From the NCBI GenBank assembly GCA_025363605.1, contig JANYDO010000135.1, forward strand, positions 1-59,113: DNA of 59,113 bases, in the 5' to 3' direction. The position numbers and the translations under genes are program-made. Shown here in pieces: positions 39,018 to 49,802 of this stretch. The notes under the pieces are model-generated. The model saw only the letters and a program-made list of their open reading frames with translations, had not been told where the DNA came from and did no database searches. This DNA comes from Candidatus Kapaibacterium sp. GTDB lineage: Bacteria > Bacteroidota > Ignavibacteria > Kapaibacteriales > UBA4661. How positions within the stretch are numbered: position 1 is the first letter of the stretch; every line of letters begins with the position of its first letter.

Positions 39018-41333
39018 TCAGCGATAACCACCGCCACCGCCATCACGTCCACCACCGCCGCCGCCATCACGTCCGCCGCCACCTCGGTAGCCGCCACCGC
39101 CGTCACGTCCGCCGCCATCACGTCCGCGGTAGCCGCCGCCGTCACGTCCGCCACCGCCGCGATAACCACCGCCATCGCTGCTACGTTCACGGCGTGGTTC
39201 TTCGACATAACCTTCCGGTGCCGGCAAAAGAACTTTACGGCTCAGACGGAATTTACCGTCCGGTTGGATTTCGAGCAGCTTCACGTCAACGCGGTCACCC
39301 ACTTTGAGGAGGTCGCCGACGTATTCCACGCGGTTGTAATCAAGCTGGGAAATATGCAGCAAGCCCTTGGTTTTCGGCAAGAACTCAATGATTGCGCCTA
39401 AGCCTTCGCGGATTTCGACGACTTTCGCGTTATAAACTTCGCCCTCTTGAGGCTTGCGTGTAAGCTGGCGGATGATAGCGATTGCTTTGTCAGCGTCCTC
39501 TTGCGAGGTAGCTGCAATGCGCACTTTGCCGTCGTCTTCGATTTCGATTTCCGTGTTGGTGTCTTTAGTAAGCTGACGAATCGTCTCGCCGCCGGAACCA
39601 ATAACTGCGCCAATAGCGCTGACGGGAATTTCGATAACCGTAAAGCGCGGTGCATACGGCGAAAGGTCAGGACGAGCTTCGGAAATGACTTCGTTCATTT
39701 TGCTGAGGATGTGCAAGCGTCCTTCTTTTGCCTGTTCCAGCGCTTTTTGGATAACATCAAACGAGATGCCTTGTACTTTCATGTCCATCTGGCAAGCCGT
39801 AATGCCGTCTTTCGTACCACAGACTTTGAAGTCCATATCGCCCAAGAAATCTTCGTCACCCAAAATATCGCTCAGAATGGCAACGCGGTCGCCTTCTTTA
39901 ATCAAGCCCATCGCAATACCGGAAACAGGCTTTTTGAGCGGTACTCCGGCATCGAACATAGCGAGTGTGCCGGAGCAAACGGTCGCCATGGAGGACGAAC
40001 CGTTGGACATAAGTACGTCTGAAACGATACGGATGGTGTAGGGGAACTCATTTTCATCCGGCAGAAGCGGATAGAAGGAGCGCTCTGCGAGGTTGCCGTG
40101 TCCGATTTCGCGGCGGCTTACTCCCATAATACGCTTTACTTCGTTGGTGCTGTACGGCGGGAAGTTGTAGTGCAAGAGGAATTTTTTATCGTACTTCGGC
40201 ATAAGACCATCTATCATCTGCTCGTCAGATTTCGTGCCAAGCGTGACCATACCAAGACTTTGCGTCTCACCGCGAGTGAAGAGCGCCGAACCGTGTGTAC
40301 GCGGTAGTAAGCCGACTTCAACGGAGATAGGACGAATTTGCGTGGTATTCCGTCCGTCAAGGCGTTTGTTGTCGGAAAGAATCATCTCGCGCATCTCTGC
40401 ATACTCAATATCGCTGGCAATTTCGCCCATGACTTTGCCGATATCGAAGCCCGGAAATTTTTCAGCGCGGGTTTCTTCGGGAAATTCTTCCTTTGCTTTT
40501 TCGGTGAGCATCGTCATCAGTTCTTTGCGGCGCGTGGTGCGTACTTCTTTCGAGGCGAAATCACGCATTTGCTTGCGAACAAGTTCTTGGGCGTGTTTCT
40601 CTACGAAGTCCGTGAGTTCTTGCGGGCGCTCTACGGGCGTGAACTCTACTTTCTCGTTGTGGACGAGCGCGTAGAGTTTATTTTGCAAATCGTTCAGTTG
40701 CTTGACAGCCTCGTGTCCGAAAGCAAGTGCTTCGATAAACACTTCCTCAGAGATTTCTTTTGCTTCGCCTTCCACCATGACGATAGAAGCATCCGTACCG
40801 GCAACCATGATTTCAAGTTCTGCGCCTTCCAGTTGTGACTTGGTCGGGTTCGCAATAAACACGCCATCTTTGCGGCAAACACGCACTTCAGAAACAGGAC
40901 CGGCAAACGGAACCGAAGAAAGCATCAACGCTGCCGACGCGCCGACCATAGCGATTGCATCACTATCGTATTCCATATCGTAGGAAAAGACGGTCGCAAT
41001 AATTTGCGTTTCGCGTCGCCATGTCTCAGGAAACATCGGTCGTGTGGGGCGGTCTATAAGGCGAGCGGTGAGAATTTCGCGGTCGGAAGGGCGACCTTCG
41101 CGTTTCAGGAAACCGCCGGGAATTTTACCTGCCGAAGCAGTTTTCTCGCGGTATTCGACCGTGAGCGGCACAAAATCAAGCGGAGAATCTTTGCTGGAGG
41201 CGATAGCGGTAACAAGCACCATCGTATCGGCGTGCCGCACCATCACCGCACCATCGGCAAGCTGCGCAAAACGCCCGGTTTCGAGCGAAAGCGTAGCGCC
41301 GTTCATCTCCATAGAAACAGTATGTTGAGCCAT
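39018..41333 (-). CDS. pnp: Polyribonucleotide nucleotidyltransferase (PNPase) with a ~60-aa Gly/Arg/Tyr-rich C-terminal extension
   Basis: From ORF 39018..41384, trimmed to the ATG at 41333 (MAQHTVSMEMNGATLSLETGRFAQLADGAV). Two RNase PH domains, a KH domain (GSGGETIRQL) and an S1 domain (GEVYNAKVVEIREGLGAIIEF), then the tail ...DGGGYRGGGGRDGGGYRGRDGGGRDGGGGYR... Confidence 0.9.
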   Translation of the reverse strand: MAQHTVSMEMNGATLSLETGRFAQLADGAVMVRHADTMVLVTAIASSKDSPLDFVPLTVEYREKTASAGKIPGGFLKREGRPSDREILTARLIDRPTRPMFPETWRRETQIIATVFSYDMEYDSDAIAMVGASAALMLSSVPFAGPVSEVRVCRKDGVFIANPTKSQLEGAELEIMVAGTDASIVMVEGEAKEISEEVFIEALAFGHEAVKQLNDLQNKLYALVHNEKVEFTPVERPQELTDFVEKHAQELVRKQMRDFASKEVRTTRRKELMTMLTEKAKEEFPEETRAEKFPGFDIGKVMGEIASDIEYAEMREMILSDNKRLDGRNTTQIRPISVEVGLLPRTHGSALFTRGETQSLGMVTLGTKSDEQMIDGLMPKYDKKFLLHYNFPPYSTNEVKRIMGVSRREIGHGNLAERSFYPLLPDENEFPYTIRIVSDVLMSNGSSSMATVCSGTLAMFDAGVPLKKPVSGIAMGLIKEGDRVAILSDILGDEDFLGDMDFKVCGTKDGITACQMDMKVQGISFDVIQKALEQAKEGRLHILSKMNEVISEARPDLSPYAPRFTVIEIPVSAIGAVIGSGGETIRQLTKDTNTEIEIEDDGKVRIAATSQEDADKAIAIIRQLTRKPQEGEVYNAKVVEIREGLGAIIEFLPKTKGLLHISQLDYNRVEYVGDLLKVGDRVDVKLLEIQPDGKFRLSRKVLLPAPEGYVEEPRRERSSDGGGYRGGGGRDGGGYRGRDGGGRDGGGGYRGGGGRDGGGGGGRDGGGGGYR

Positions 41334-41515
41334 AACTGGGGGAAATAAAGAAGTATGAATACAAATTCCCCACACCTTTGACATAAAACGAACCGCGTAC
41401 CGACTATCGGCTTCAGGAAGAAAGCCATTTCACAGAACAGTCGGAACGCGGGGCGTTTCTGGCAACAGTGCGGGGGAAGAATTGAGTTTCGGTATGAAAA
41501 TGTCAATCATCAAAG

Positions 41516-41548
41516 CGTGTAGTCCACTTGAAAAAAGCGGACTACACG
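41516..41548 (-). promoter_or_regulatory. Perfect 10-bp hairpin in the pnp 5' leader
   Basis: CGTGTAGTCC (41516-41525) / GGACTACACG (41539-41548) with a 13-nt loop. It lies ~185 nt upstream of the pnp ATG. Confidence 0.35.
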
Positions 41549-41603
41549 TGCGAATCGAATTTTAGGATTGCCTAAAAATAAAGTGTGAAAATTTCAAGGC
41601 TTC

Positions 41604-41679
41604 GGTAGCACAGACATTCTTATCTGTGAGGTTTGAAGCGATGTTCGAGGACTCCACAGACAAGAATGTCTGTGCCACC
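41604..41679. repeat. Nested-palindrome repeat, copy B (rpsO-pnp intergenic region)
   Basis: GGTAGCACAGACATTCTTATCTGTG (41604-41628), a 26-nt loop containing GTTTGAAGC, then CACAGACAAGAATGTCTGTGCCACC (41655-41679). 23 of 25 positions pair. It starts ~35 nt after the rpsO stop. Confidence 0.85.
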
Positions 41680-41714
41680 AAGAAAGACTTTACTCACTTA
41701 TTTTTGAACGGTCC

Positions 41715-41981
41715 TTACTTACGCAACGAGAGTGCAGCAACGACAGCGCGGTAGCGCGTAATGTCGTTTGACTGCAAGTAACTGAGCATCTTACGACGCT
41801 GACCGACGAGTTTCAGCAAGCCGCGACGTGAGTGATTGTCTTTTTTATGTTTGTCGAGGTGCGCGGCAAGTGCGTTGATGTGCTCTGTGAGAAGAGCGAC
41901 TTGTACTTCCGGTTTGCCGGTATTTGCTGCTGCGCCGCCAAATTGCGTAACGATTTCGGCTTTGCGTTCTAAAGTAACCAT
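41715..41981 (-). CDS. rpsO: 30S ribosomal protein S15
   Basis: From ORF 41715..42116, trimmed to the ATG at 41981 ([16 protein letters not shown]...[20 protein letters not shown]). 88 aa, the typical S15 length and motifs. Confidence 0.9.
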   Translation of the reverse strand: MVTLERKAEIVTQFGGAAANTGKPEVQVALLTEHINALAAHLDKHKKDNHSRRGLLKLVGQRRKMLSYLQSNDITRYRAVVAALSLRK

Positions 41982-42021
41982 TATTTCTCCGATGTGGATT
42001 AAAGTATTGTAACAGTGATAA

Positions 42022-42978
42022 TTAAAGTGATTTTCCTTGTTTGATAGTCTCAATAGCTTGCATACATTCATCGCGGTCAGCGACGATTTGCTCAAAAAAG
42101 AGTCCGGTGCTTTCAAACTTGCGTTCGTTGCGAATGAACTTCAAGAAAGCGACCATAATTTCGCGGTCATAGAGCATTTTGTTCCAATCGAAAAAATGCA
42201 CTTCCAGACGCGGATGAATGTCGTCAGTGAAGGTCGGTCGGGTGCCGATATTCGCCATACCGTACACATTCTTGCCATCAATATACGCCGAGACAAAATA
42301 CACACCATTTTTCGGCAACAACTTTTGCGGCTCACTCGGCTCAATATTCGCCGTCGGTAGCCCAAGTTTTCTGCCGCGTCCGTCGCCTTCAATAACTTTA
42401 CCGCCCACTAAATATGGGAAGCCTAAAAGTGTATTTGCCCGTGCAATATCGCCTGCGGCGATTGCTTTGCGAACTTTGGTGCTGCTAATGGTCTCGCCGT
42501 CTAAATCTACGATTGGCGCTTTCTCAACACTAAAGCGTAGTTCGCCGCTCAATGTCGTCAGCAAATCTTCTGTACCTTGACGGTTATTGCCAAAAGCGTG
42601 GTCATAGCCGATGACCATATGTTTCATGTTGAGCTTCGCTACCAGATATTCCCGTACAAACTGCTCTGCGCCTATCTGCGAGAACTCTTTGGTAAAAGGA
42701 ATCACGAGTACGCCATCTACTCCAAGCTGACTCAGAAGCTGCGTCCGCTCACGAATAGTTGTCAGAAGCTCCACCGGTGGGCGGTTTGGCTTTTCGAGCA
42801 CAATCTGCGGATGCGGATGGAACGTGAGCAAAAGCGTTTTTGCGTTCAGCGTCTTTGCACGTTCTTTGAGCAGATTGATAAGCGCTATATGCCCTTTATG
42901 CAAGCCGTCGAATGTGCCGATAGTCAGCACAGTGGCTTGATTTTGCGGAACATCATCGAATGAATGATAAACGACCAT
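42022..42978 (-). CDS. ribF: Bifunctional riboflavin kinase / FMN adenylyltransferase
   Basis: 318 aa. N-terminal [10 protein letters not shown] nucleotidyltransferase motif and C-terminal riboflavin-kinase motifs ([21 protein letters not shown]). Confidence 0.9.
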   Translation of the reverse strand: MVVYHSFDDVPQNQATVLTIGTFDGLHKGHIALINLLKERAKTLNAKTLLLTFHPHPQIVLEKPNRPPVELLTTIRERTQLLSQLGVDGVLVIPFTKEFSQIGAEQFVREYLVAKLNMKHMVIGYDHAFGNNRQGTEDLLTTLSGELRFSVEKAPIVDLDGETISSTKVRKAIAAGDIARANTLLGFPYLVGGKVIEGDGRGRKLGLPTANIEPSEPQKLLPKNGVYFVSAYIDGKNVYGMANIGTRPTFTDDIHPRLEVHFFDWNKMLYDREIMVAFLKFIRNERKFESTGLFFEQIVADRDECMQAIETIKQGKSL

Positions 42979-43164
42979 AGCTAAAAGCTATCTTTCCGAA
43001 AAGGCGTTAGACAAATGACGCTTATATCAGCGCACAAAATTTTTCAAAGCTACGAATTTACGAATAGTTACGAAATTTTCCAGAGAAAATTTTTATCATT
43101 GCCCATGAAGCTCTTCATTCGGGCAGTTGGGGAAATGAATTAAATCACAGCATTGCTCTTTGCC

Positions 43165-43755
43165 TCAAAACCGAAAGCGATCATTTATTGACCGGACTAA
43201 CTTGACGAATTCCCACACTTCGCGAGTCATTTCTTCGCCAAACTGTTCTTTAATGTGCTTTTCGACATTTTCTTTTGTTCGCTTTTGAATATCCACCATG
43301 AAGCGGATATTTTTACTTTTCTCATCTTTTTCTACCGTCAGACTCTGCATCCAGTCCGCATAGACAAGGCGTTGTGAAGGCTCTACGGTGAGCATTTTGG
43401 GGAAATTAAGAGCTTTTTTGAGAGCTTGAAGTTCACTTGGCTTGAGCTGTGCGAGGATACTGTCGCGCCGACCGGATACCGTATGAAAGGCAAAATGAAC
43501 TGCACCGGTTTCCTCGATGGTCAGCAACGTTTCATACCCCTCAGGACGCGCCACAACATTACGCGATTCAAAAAAAACACGCAGGGCTTTACTTGGTTTT
43601 GCTTTAACAGTTTCTTTCGCTTTTTGCGTTGCTGACGTTGTACTACTGGCGACCATAACGGTACCTGACGATACGGTTGCGGATGTTTCTTGTGCAAGCA
43701 CATCAATTTGTGCCGTCAAAACGAATAAAGTCGCAACAAAAACAGTAATCTTCAT
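43165..43755 (-). CDS. Exported hypothetical protein
   Basis: From ORF 43165..43803, trimmed to the ATG at 43755 (MKITVFVATLFVLTAQIDVLAQ, a signal peptide). No family recognised. Confidence 0.5.
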   Translation of the reverse strand: MKITVFVATLFVLTAQIDVLAQETSATVSSGTVMVASSTTSATQKAKETVKAKPSKALRVFFESRNVVARPEGYETLLTIEETGAVHFAFHTVSGRRDSILAQLKPSELQALKKALNFPKMLTVEPSQRLVYADWMQSLTVEKDEKSKNIRFMVDIQKRTKENVEKHIKEQFGEEMTREVWEFVKLVRSINDRFRF

Positions 43756-43792
43756 AATAACCAAATTCGTGAATAACCAAATTCGTGAAAAC

Positions 43793-44560
43793 TTAGAGAA
43801 CAATTGGCTGCTTTTGAGCTTGCAATTGTGCGTGAAGTTGAGAAATTTCGCTTATTGTTAGTGCATCATCCACAGAATAGCCACCGATACTTGTTCGGCG
43901 CAAGTCTGCAAGATAGCCACCCACACCAAGCACTGCACCCACATCTCGTGCCAATGAGCGAATATACGTACCTTTGGAACACGTGATATTGATGGTGCAA
44001 AAAGGCAATGCAAGTGATTCTACATCTATTGTATAAATACTCACGCTTCGTTCTTCGCGCTCAATTTCCTGACCTTTTCGCGCCAATTTGTAGAGCGGAA
44101 CACCATTCTTCTTTATCGCAGAAAACATCGGAGGAATTTGCTGAATATCGCCAACGAAACCACGCAAGGCAGACTCTATCTGCTCATTTGTAAGCGCTTC
44201 GAGGGGCGTTACATTTTCTTCGTCGGCTTCGGCATCGTCGGTTTTGGTGGTCGCTCCAAGTTTGACCACAGCACGGTAGGCTTTGGTTTGTTCTTGAAAA
44301 TCATTGATGGATTTGGTCATTTTTCCAAAACACACTATCAGAAGCCCTGTGGCAAGCGGGTCAAGCGTTCCGGCGTGACCAATTTTTTTCATTCGCACAA
44401 TACCACGCAATTTTGCAACGACATCAAACGATGTCCAGTCTTTGCCTTTGTCCACGAGTGCAACGCCACCGCCTTCAGTAAGTGCGGAAAGCCATGCATC
44501 GTAACTGTCACTATCAGCAAGAGCCTGACGTGTAAGAATTTTCCCATCGGTTGCCATCAT
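43793..44560 (-). CDS. truB: tRNA pseudouridine(55) synthase
   Basis: 255 aa. Catalytic motif GHAGTLDPLATGLL. The start overlaps the rbfA stop by 4 nt. Confidence 0.9.
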   Translation of the reverse strand: MMATDGKILTRQALADSDSYDAWLSALTEGGGVALVDKGKDWTSFDVVAKLRGIVRMKKIGHAGTLDPLATGLLIVCFGKMTKSINDFQEQTKAYRAVVKLGATTKTDDAEADEENVTPLEALTNEQIESALRGFVGDIQQIPPMFSAIKKNGVPLYKLARKGQEIEREERSVSIYTIDVESLALPFCTINITCSKGTYIRSLARDVGAVLGVGGYLADLRRTSIGGYSVDDALTISEISQLHAQLQAQKQPIVL

Positions 44561-44958
44561 ACCTCAGAGTCCTCATTATTGCTGTCTTCACTGCTGCTTG
44601 CTTCTTCGCTGTTTTTTGCCGGTGGCGGAACATTTTTGAGAAGCCCTTCGATATGACTTATCGCATCTAAGGTATCATCCAAATAAAAATGCAACTCCGG
44701 AGAGAACCGAAGACGAACCTTTGCGTTCATCTGCTTGCGCAGACTACCGGTGCGTTCGCTTACTTTCGCTACTGTTAGCTCTGGCGAGATTTTCCCACCA
44801 AACACACTCAAATAGACCCGTGCAATCCGTAAATCAGGGGACATTCGCACATGAGTCACCGTGATAAATCCGGCATTGATTTCCGATGCAATCTCGGTGA
44901 GAGGTCGCGCCAATGCTTGGCGCAGTTCGCTGCTAACTTTTTCGGTACGAATAGACAT
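44557..44958 (-). CDS. rbfA: Ribosome-binding factor A (with an acidic C-terminal tail)
   Basis: From ORF 44557..45012, trimmed to the ATG at 44958 (MSIRTEKVSSELRQALA...ITVTHVRMSPDLRIARVY). Position after infB is conserved. Confidence 0.85.
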   Translation of the reverse strand: MSIRTEKVSSELRQALARPLTEIASEINAGFITVTHVRMSPDLRIARVYLSVFGGKISPELTVAKVSERTGSLRKQMNAKVRLRFSPELHFYLDDTLDAISHIEGLLKNVPPPAKNSEEASSSEDSNNEDSEV

Positions 44959-45093
44959 AGTTTTGATGGGTAGTATTTGCTTGCATGGGAAGCGATAGAG
45001 AGCAGAAGTCATACGCTACAAATGGGAAGTGTTGGACGCTAAATGAGCAGTAAAGCGCCATTCAACACCCAACACTACCATCATGCGATTGAT

Positions 45094-48000
45094 TTACAAC
45101 TTCCGCTTAATTTCTGTTTTGCGAACTGCCTCAATAAGGTCACCGTTTTGGATGTCATTGAAACCATCCACCGACATACCGCACTCAAAGCCCGCATCAA
45201 TCTCCTTCACATCCTCTTTCATCCGTTTGAGCGATGCAAGACGACCGGTGAAGACCTCAAAACCATCGCGGAGAACGCGAATGGTGTCATTGCGGTTAAT
45301 CTTCCCTTCGAGCATATAGCAGCCCGCGATATTGCCAAGTTTACTAATTTTGAAGACCTCACGGACTTCCGCAACCCCGACCACTTCTTCCTTAATTTCC
45401 GGTAGAAGCATACCTTCGAGAGCCAACTTGACTTCGTTAATACAGTCGTAGATGATGCGATAAAGTCGTATGTCCACACCCTCATTTTCAGCAAGTTTTG
45501 CCACTTGCGGATTCGGACGCACGTGGAAGCCTACGATAATAGCCTCAGAAGCCGCAGCCAACATCACATCCGCTTCCAAAATCGAACCAACAGCACGGTG
45601 GATGATAGAAACCTTCACTTCTTCGGTCGAGAGCTTTTGAAGCGAGTCCGTAAGCGCTTCCACAGAGCCGTCGGTATCGCCTTTAAGAATAATTTTGAGT
45701 TCTTGCACACCACCAGCTTTAATGCGGCTGGCAATATCGTCGAGCGTAACGTGGCGAACACGTTTGAAGTCTTGCTCACGCTTGATTTGCTGGCGCGTCG
45801 TCGCTATCTCACGTGCTTCGACTTCGCTTTCCATTGCCACGAATGAATCCCCGGCTTGTGGAACACCGTCAAAACCGAGAATCTGTACCGGGGTGGAAGG
45901 AATTGCTTCCTCAATCCGTTCACTGTTTTCGTTGAACATAGCGCGAACGCGCCCTGAATGAATACCGCAAAGGAACGGATCGCCGACGCGCAGAGTACCT
46001 TTTTGTACCACGACCGTTGCTACCGTACCTTTACCTTTATCAATTTTCGACTCGACGACCGTGCCGCGTGCGTAGCGGTCAGGGTTGGCGCGAAGATTCA
46101 GAATTTCCGCCTCAAGCAAAATTTTCTCAAGCAGTTGGTCAATATTTGTGCCTTTTTTTGCAGAAATCATCGCTGATTGGAATTTGCCGCCCCACTCCTC
46201 TACGAGGACATTGTGGTCGGAAAGTTGCTGGCGAACCTTGTCGGGGTTTGCATCAGCCTTGTCCATTTTATTGATTGCGACAATCATTGGCACATTTGCT
46301 GCGCGGGCGTGACTGATGGCCTCAATCGTTTGAGGCATTACGTTATCGTCTGCCGCCACGACCAGTACGACAAGGTCGGTAAGTTGCGCTCCACGGGCAC
46401 GCATTGCTGTAAACGCTTGGTGTCCGGGCGTGTCAAGGAACGTGATGAATTTGCCATCGTTCATTTTCACACTGTATGCACCGATGTGCTGTGTAATGCC
46501 GCCAGACTCACCGCTCACTACACTTGTTTTACGAATGTGATCCAAAAGTGAGGTTTTGCCGTGGTCAACGTGACCCATGACCGTCACAATTGGAGCGCGG
46601 GCTTCGAGGAATTCTTCATCGTCTTCGTCATCTTCCTCAAGAGCTTCTTCAGCAAAAGCGTCTTCAAATTCTACTTCTAAGCCGTAATCGGCTGCAATAA
46701 GTGTAATTGTATCCTTCTCAAGACGCTGGTTGATGGACACCATCAGCCCAAGACTCATACACTTGAGAATGATTTCATTCGTAGCAACGCCGATATTTTC
46801 GGCAAGTTCAGCAACGGTGATAAATTCGGTAACGCGCAAAATCGCGTCGTCCAATTCACGAAGTTCTGCTTGATGCGCTTGCTCGTCGGCACGTTCTTGT
46901 TTGCGGCTTCGGCGCAAACGACTACGCATAGCAAGTTGTGATTCTTCTTGCCCCGACAATGTACGACGAATTGCTTTATCCACCTCTACGGCACTTACCT
47001 GCTCACGTTTGCCTTTTTTGCGCTTTTTCTTATTTGCAGCACTTCCGGCAGCAGTAGTGCTGGTCGTACCACCAACTGTTCCGAATTTTTTTGCCGGTGC
47101 CGGAGCGCCGGGTTTTGTCCAATCTTTTGGTTTTGCCGCCGCAGTGCCCGGTTTGGGACGTGCATCGCCGGACTGAGCGCCGGTGCGAGGAGCTGGTTTA
47201 CCACCTCTATCGCCGCCGCGTCCACCACCGCGCTCCGGAGCCTTGTTACCATCTTTGCTGCTACCGTCACCACGACGACCGCCAAGTTCAATTTTTCCAA
47301 GAATAGTGAGACCAGTCGGCATCGGTGTTGCATACGGCGCATTGTCCACAAAGTATTCTACCTCACCAATACGTTTTTTACGCTTGCGCTTGCCTTCCTC
47401 CGTGTGGTCTTCTTGCGTATCGTCAAGTTCTTCGTCAGCGCCCAGCGCTTCTACATTAGCACCCTGAAGTATTGAAAGTGAAGTCTCATCCGGCTGCGTC
47501 ACAACGGGTGAGTCAGGACTTTGGACGACATCTATCGTTGTGGCGACAGGAGAATGTTCTTGAATGGGCTCTTGAGCAGCAGTAGCAGGCTCTACCTTTG
47601 CATCAAGCACTGGTTTCTGCTCTTCTGAGCTATCCCTGGAAACAGGTTTCTCAGTCTTGCGAATCGCGTCAACGCTTGGTTGTGGTATTTCTTCTGCTTT
47701 GGCCTTTTTCGATTTACGGCGCGAGGACGAATCGTCGAGTTGAATCACTGTGCCGACTGCGGCACCGTTATCAACTTTTGCATAGTGCGGAACATCTTTC
47801 GGCGCATCCGTATTCTCCAGCGACGGAGCGGACGGCAACTCGTTTTGATGTACTACCTGAGTACTTTGCTGCTCGGCATTATGTGAACTATCGCTCTGAT
47901 GAAGCTCAGAGCTTTGGATTGATACAACGTTTTGATGTACCTCATTATGAACTTCTTCATGCTGAGGTGCATCTTTCTCGCGCTGCTTTAATGCTGCCGC

Positions 48001-48171
48001 TGCCTCTTTCTGGAAGTTCCCCAGCACAAGGTCAACCATATCGCCTGTCAGCGTTGAGGTTGCCTTATTCTCAATAGCAAAGCCCTTCGCTTGCAAAAAT
48101 GCAACGATAGTTTCCTTGCCGACGTTTATCTGCGAGGCGATTTTGAAAAGTTTTGTTCCGGTACTTGCCAT
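45094..48171 (-). CDS. infB: Translation initiation factor IF-2
   Basis: 1025 aa. The N-terminal half is low-complexity and charged. GTPase motifs [17 protein letters not shown] and NKMD. The C-terminal IF-2 domains are conserved. Confidence 0.95.
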   Translation of the reverse strand: MASTGTKLFKIASQINVGKETIVAFLQAKGFAIENKATSTLTGDMVDLVLGNFQKEAAAALKQREKDAPQHEEVHNEVHQNVVSIQSSELHQSDSSHNAEQQSTQVVHQNELPSAPSLENTDAPKDVPHYAKVDNGAAVGTVIQLDDSSSRRKSKKAKAEEIPQPSVDAIRKTEKPVSRDSSEEQKPVLDAKVEPATAAQEPIQEHSPVATTIDVVQSPDSPVVTQPDETSLSILQGANVEALGADEELDDTQEDHTEEGKRKRKKRIGEVEYFVDNAPYATPMPTGLTILGKIELGGRRGDGSSKDGNKAPERGGGRGGDRGGKPAPRTGAQSGDARPKPGTAAAKPKDWTKPGAPAPAKKFGTVGGTTSTTAAGSAANKKKRKKGKREQVSAVEVDKAIRRTLSGQEESQLAMRSRLRRSRKQERADEQAHQAELRELDDAILRVTEFITVAELAENIGVATNEIILKCMSLGLMVSINQRLEKDTITLIAADYGLEVEFEDAFAEEALEEDDEDDEEFLEARAPIVTVMGHVDHGKTSLLDHIRKTSVVSGESGGITQHIGAYSVKMNDGKFITFLDTPGHQAFTAMRARGAQLTDLVVLVVAADDNVMPQTIEAISHARAANVPMIVAINKMDKADANPDKVRQQLSDHNVLVEEWGGKFQSAMISAKKGTNIDQLLEKILLEAEILNLRANPDRYARGTVVESKIDKGKGTVATVVVQKGTLRVGDPFLCGIHSGRVRAMFNENSERIEEAIPSTPVQILGFDGVPQAGDSFVAMESEVEAREIATTRQQIKREQDFKRVRHVTLDDIASRIKAGGVQELKIILKGDTDGSVEALTDSLQKLSTEEVKVSIIHRAVGSILEADVMLAAASEAIIVGFHVRPNPQVAKLAENEGVDIRLYRIIYDCINEVKLALEGMLLPEIKEEVVGVAEVREVFKISKLGNIAGCYMLEGKINRNDTIRVLRDGFEVFTGRLASLKRMKEDVKEIDAGFECGMSVDGFNDIQNGDLIEAVRKTEIKRKL

Positions 48172-48237
48172 AGAAAGAGTGTAAAGTGATATATCCGAGA
48201 GGGCGCATTACTCCGCGCTGTATGCCAATAATAAAAA

Positions 48238-49704
48238 TTAAAGATTGTCTTGCGGAGACACATCTACGGGTGTTCCTGCGTGTACGTGACCATTTTGCGA
48301 TTCGCTACCTGATGCCTCGCTTACACTTTCTTGGTGTACTTGGGCGATGCCATTTGCATCAATAATAGCTTCCTTGTTAGCTGGGGCTGCCATCTGTGTC
48401 AGATCCAACGAGAGGATATAATTACGAATATCCGGATTCTCACGCTCCTCGAATTCTTCAAGAATAATGCCGCGCATTTCCACGAGTAATTCTTGGGTCA
48501 TGCCCGGAATAGCCAGAATCTTCGTCGGTTCTGTATTCAAAAACTCACGTGCCGTATCAATTTCTGCCTCAATAATACGAAGGTAGAGATCCTTACCAAG
48601 TTCATCACGGAATTCAATAAGTTCAATATCTTCAATACCTTCTTTAACAAGGGAAATGGAATATCCTGTCAAACGCGAGGCAAGACGAACATTTTGACCA
48701 TTCTTGCCAATAGCAAGTGAAACTTGGTCATCGCCGACGAGTACCGTGCAAGAGCGTGTTTCTGCCGAAACTTGGATATTCTTCACCTTTGCCGGTGAGA
48801 GCGCACGCGCGATAAACGTCGCGGGGTCTTCGGAGTAGTTGATAACATCTATATTTTCATTGGAAAGTTCGCGCACAATGGCGTGAATACGAATCCCTTT
48901 CATACCGACGCAAGCACCAACAGGGTCAATACGGTCATCGAAAGATTGTACGGCAACTTTTGCGCGTTCGCCGGGTTCGCGGGCGATGGACTTGATTTCG
49001 ATAAGCCGATCGTAAATTTCGGGAATTTCTATTTCAAAGAGTTTTGCCAAAAACAAATTATCGGCGCGAGAGAGAATAATATCCGGTCCGCCCGATGGGC
49101 TTTGCTTACGCACTTCTTTGATGATGGCACGAATCGGCTCGTTCTTGCGATAGCGCTCACGAGGAATCTGCTCTTCACGAGGAAGGCGCATTTCGACGTT
49201 GTTGTGCATCACAAACACGTCCGAGCGTCGTACATGATGAACTTCGCCAACGATGATTTCACCTGCTTTGTCGGCAAAGTACGTGTTGATATTTTCGCGT
49301 TCCACGTCGCGTACTCGCTGATTAAGCGTTTGCCCAGCGGTATTCACCAGACGACGACCAAAGTTTTCCGCAATATTGTCAAGTGTAATTTCTTCCAGAA
49401 ACTCATCCCCAACATCATACTGCTCCACACCTTGATTTGCTTCACTTTGCGCAAGTTCCAGCACGGCATCTTCGACAGTTTCGACCACCTTCATAATACG
49501 ATAAATCTCAATATCGCCTTTGTCCATATTCACGACAATATCAAACTCCGCACGCTCACCGTATTTCTTGCGCACGAGCATCGAAAGCGTTTCTTTAATG
49601 ATATTTTGAAGTGCATCGCGGTCAATTCCGCGATCGCGCGCCATTTCTGCAAATGCCTCAACGATGATACTTTTGTCGAATTTGGGTTTTGCTTTCCGTG
49701 CCAT
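48238..49704 (-). CDS. nusA: Transcription termination/antitermination factor NusA
   Basis: From ORF 48238..49785, trimmed to the ATG at 49704 (MARKAKPKFDKSIIVEAFAEMARDRGI). S1 domain, two KH domains (GACVGMKGIRI, LAIGKNGQNVRLASRLTG) and a C-terminal extension. Confidence 0.9.
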   Translation of the reverse strand: MARKAKPKFDKSIIVEAFAEMARDRGIDRDALQNIIKETLSMLVRKKYGERAEFDIVVNMDKGDIEIYRIMKVVETVEDAVLELAQSEANQGVEQYDVGDEFLEEITLDNIAENFGRRLVNTAGQTLNQRVRDVERENINTYFADKAGEIIVGEVHHVRRSDVFVMHNNVEMRLPREEQIPRERYRKNEPIRAIIKEVRKQSPSGGPDIILSRADNLFLAKLFEIEIPEIYDRLIEIKSIAREPGERAKVAVQSFDDRIDPVGACVGMKGIRIHAIVRELSNENIDVINYSEDPATFIARALSPAKVKNIQVSAETRSCTVLVGDDQVSLAIGKNGQNVRLASRLTGYSISLVKEGIEDIELIEFRDELGKDLYLRIIEAEIDTAREFLNTEPTKILAIPGMTQELLVEMRGIILEEFEERENPDIRNYILSLDLTQMAAPANKEAIIDANGIAQVHQESVSEASGSESQNGHVHAGTPVDVSPQDNL

Positions 49705-49802
49705 AGTAGAAATTGCGAATGAGGGATTAGGAATTACGAGGTTGTGCGCAGTGTCAAGAGAGTAGTGCAAAGAAAAGAAGCACAAAAGTTACTCTATTTT
49801 TT

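Noticed and set aside
38871-39401. ORFs encoding poly-Thr/Ala/Ser or His/Arg-rich repeats (38871..39401, 38942..39307, 38999..39208).
   Set aside because: They are alternative-frame or antisense readings of the repetitive GC-rich tract that encodes the PNPase RGG tail. The pnp frame is continuous with its S1 domain.
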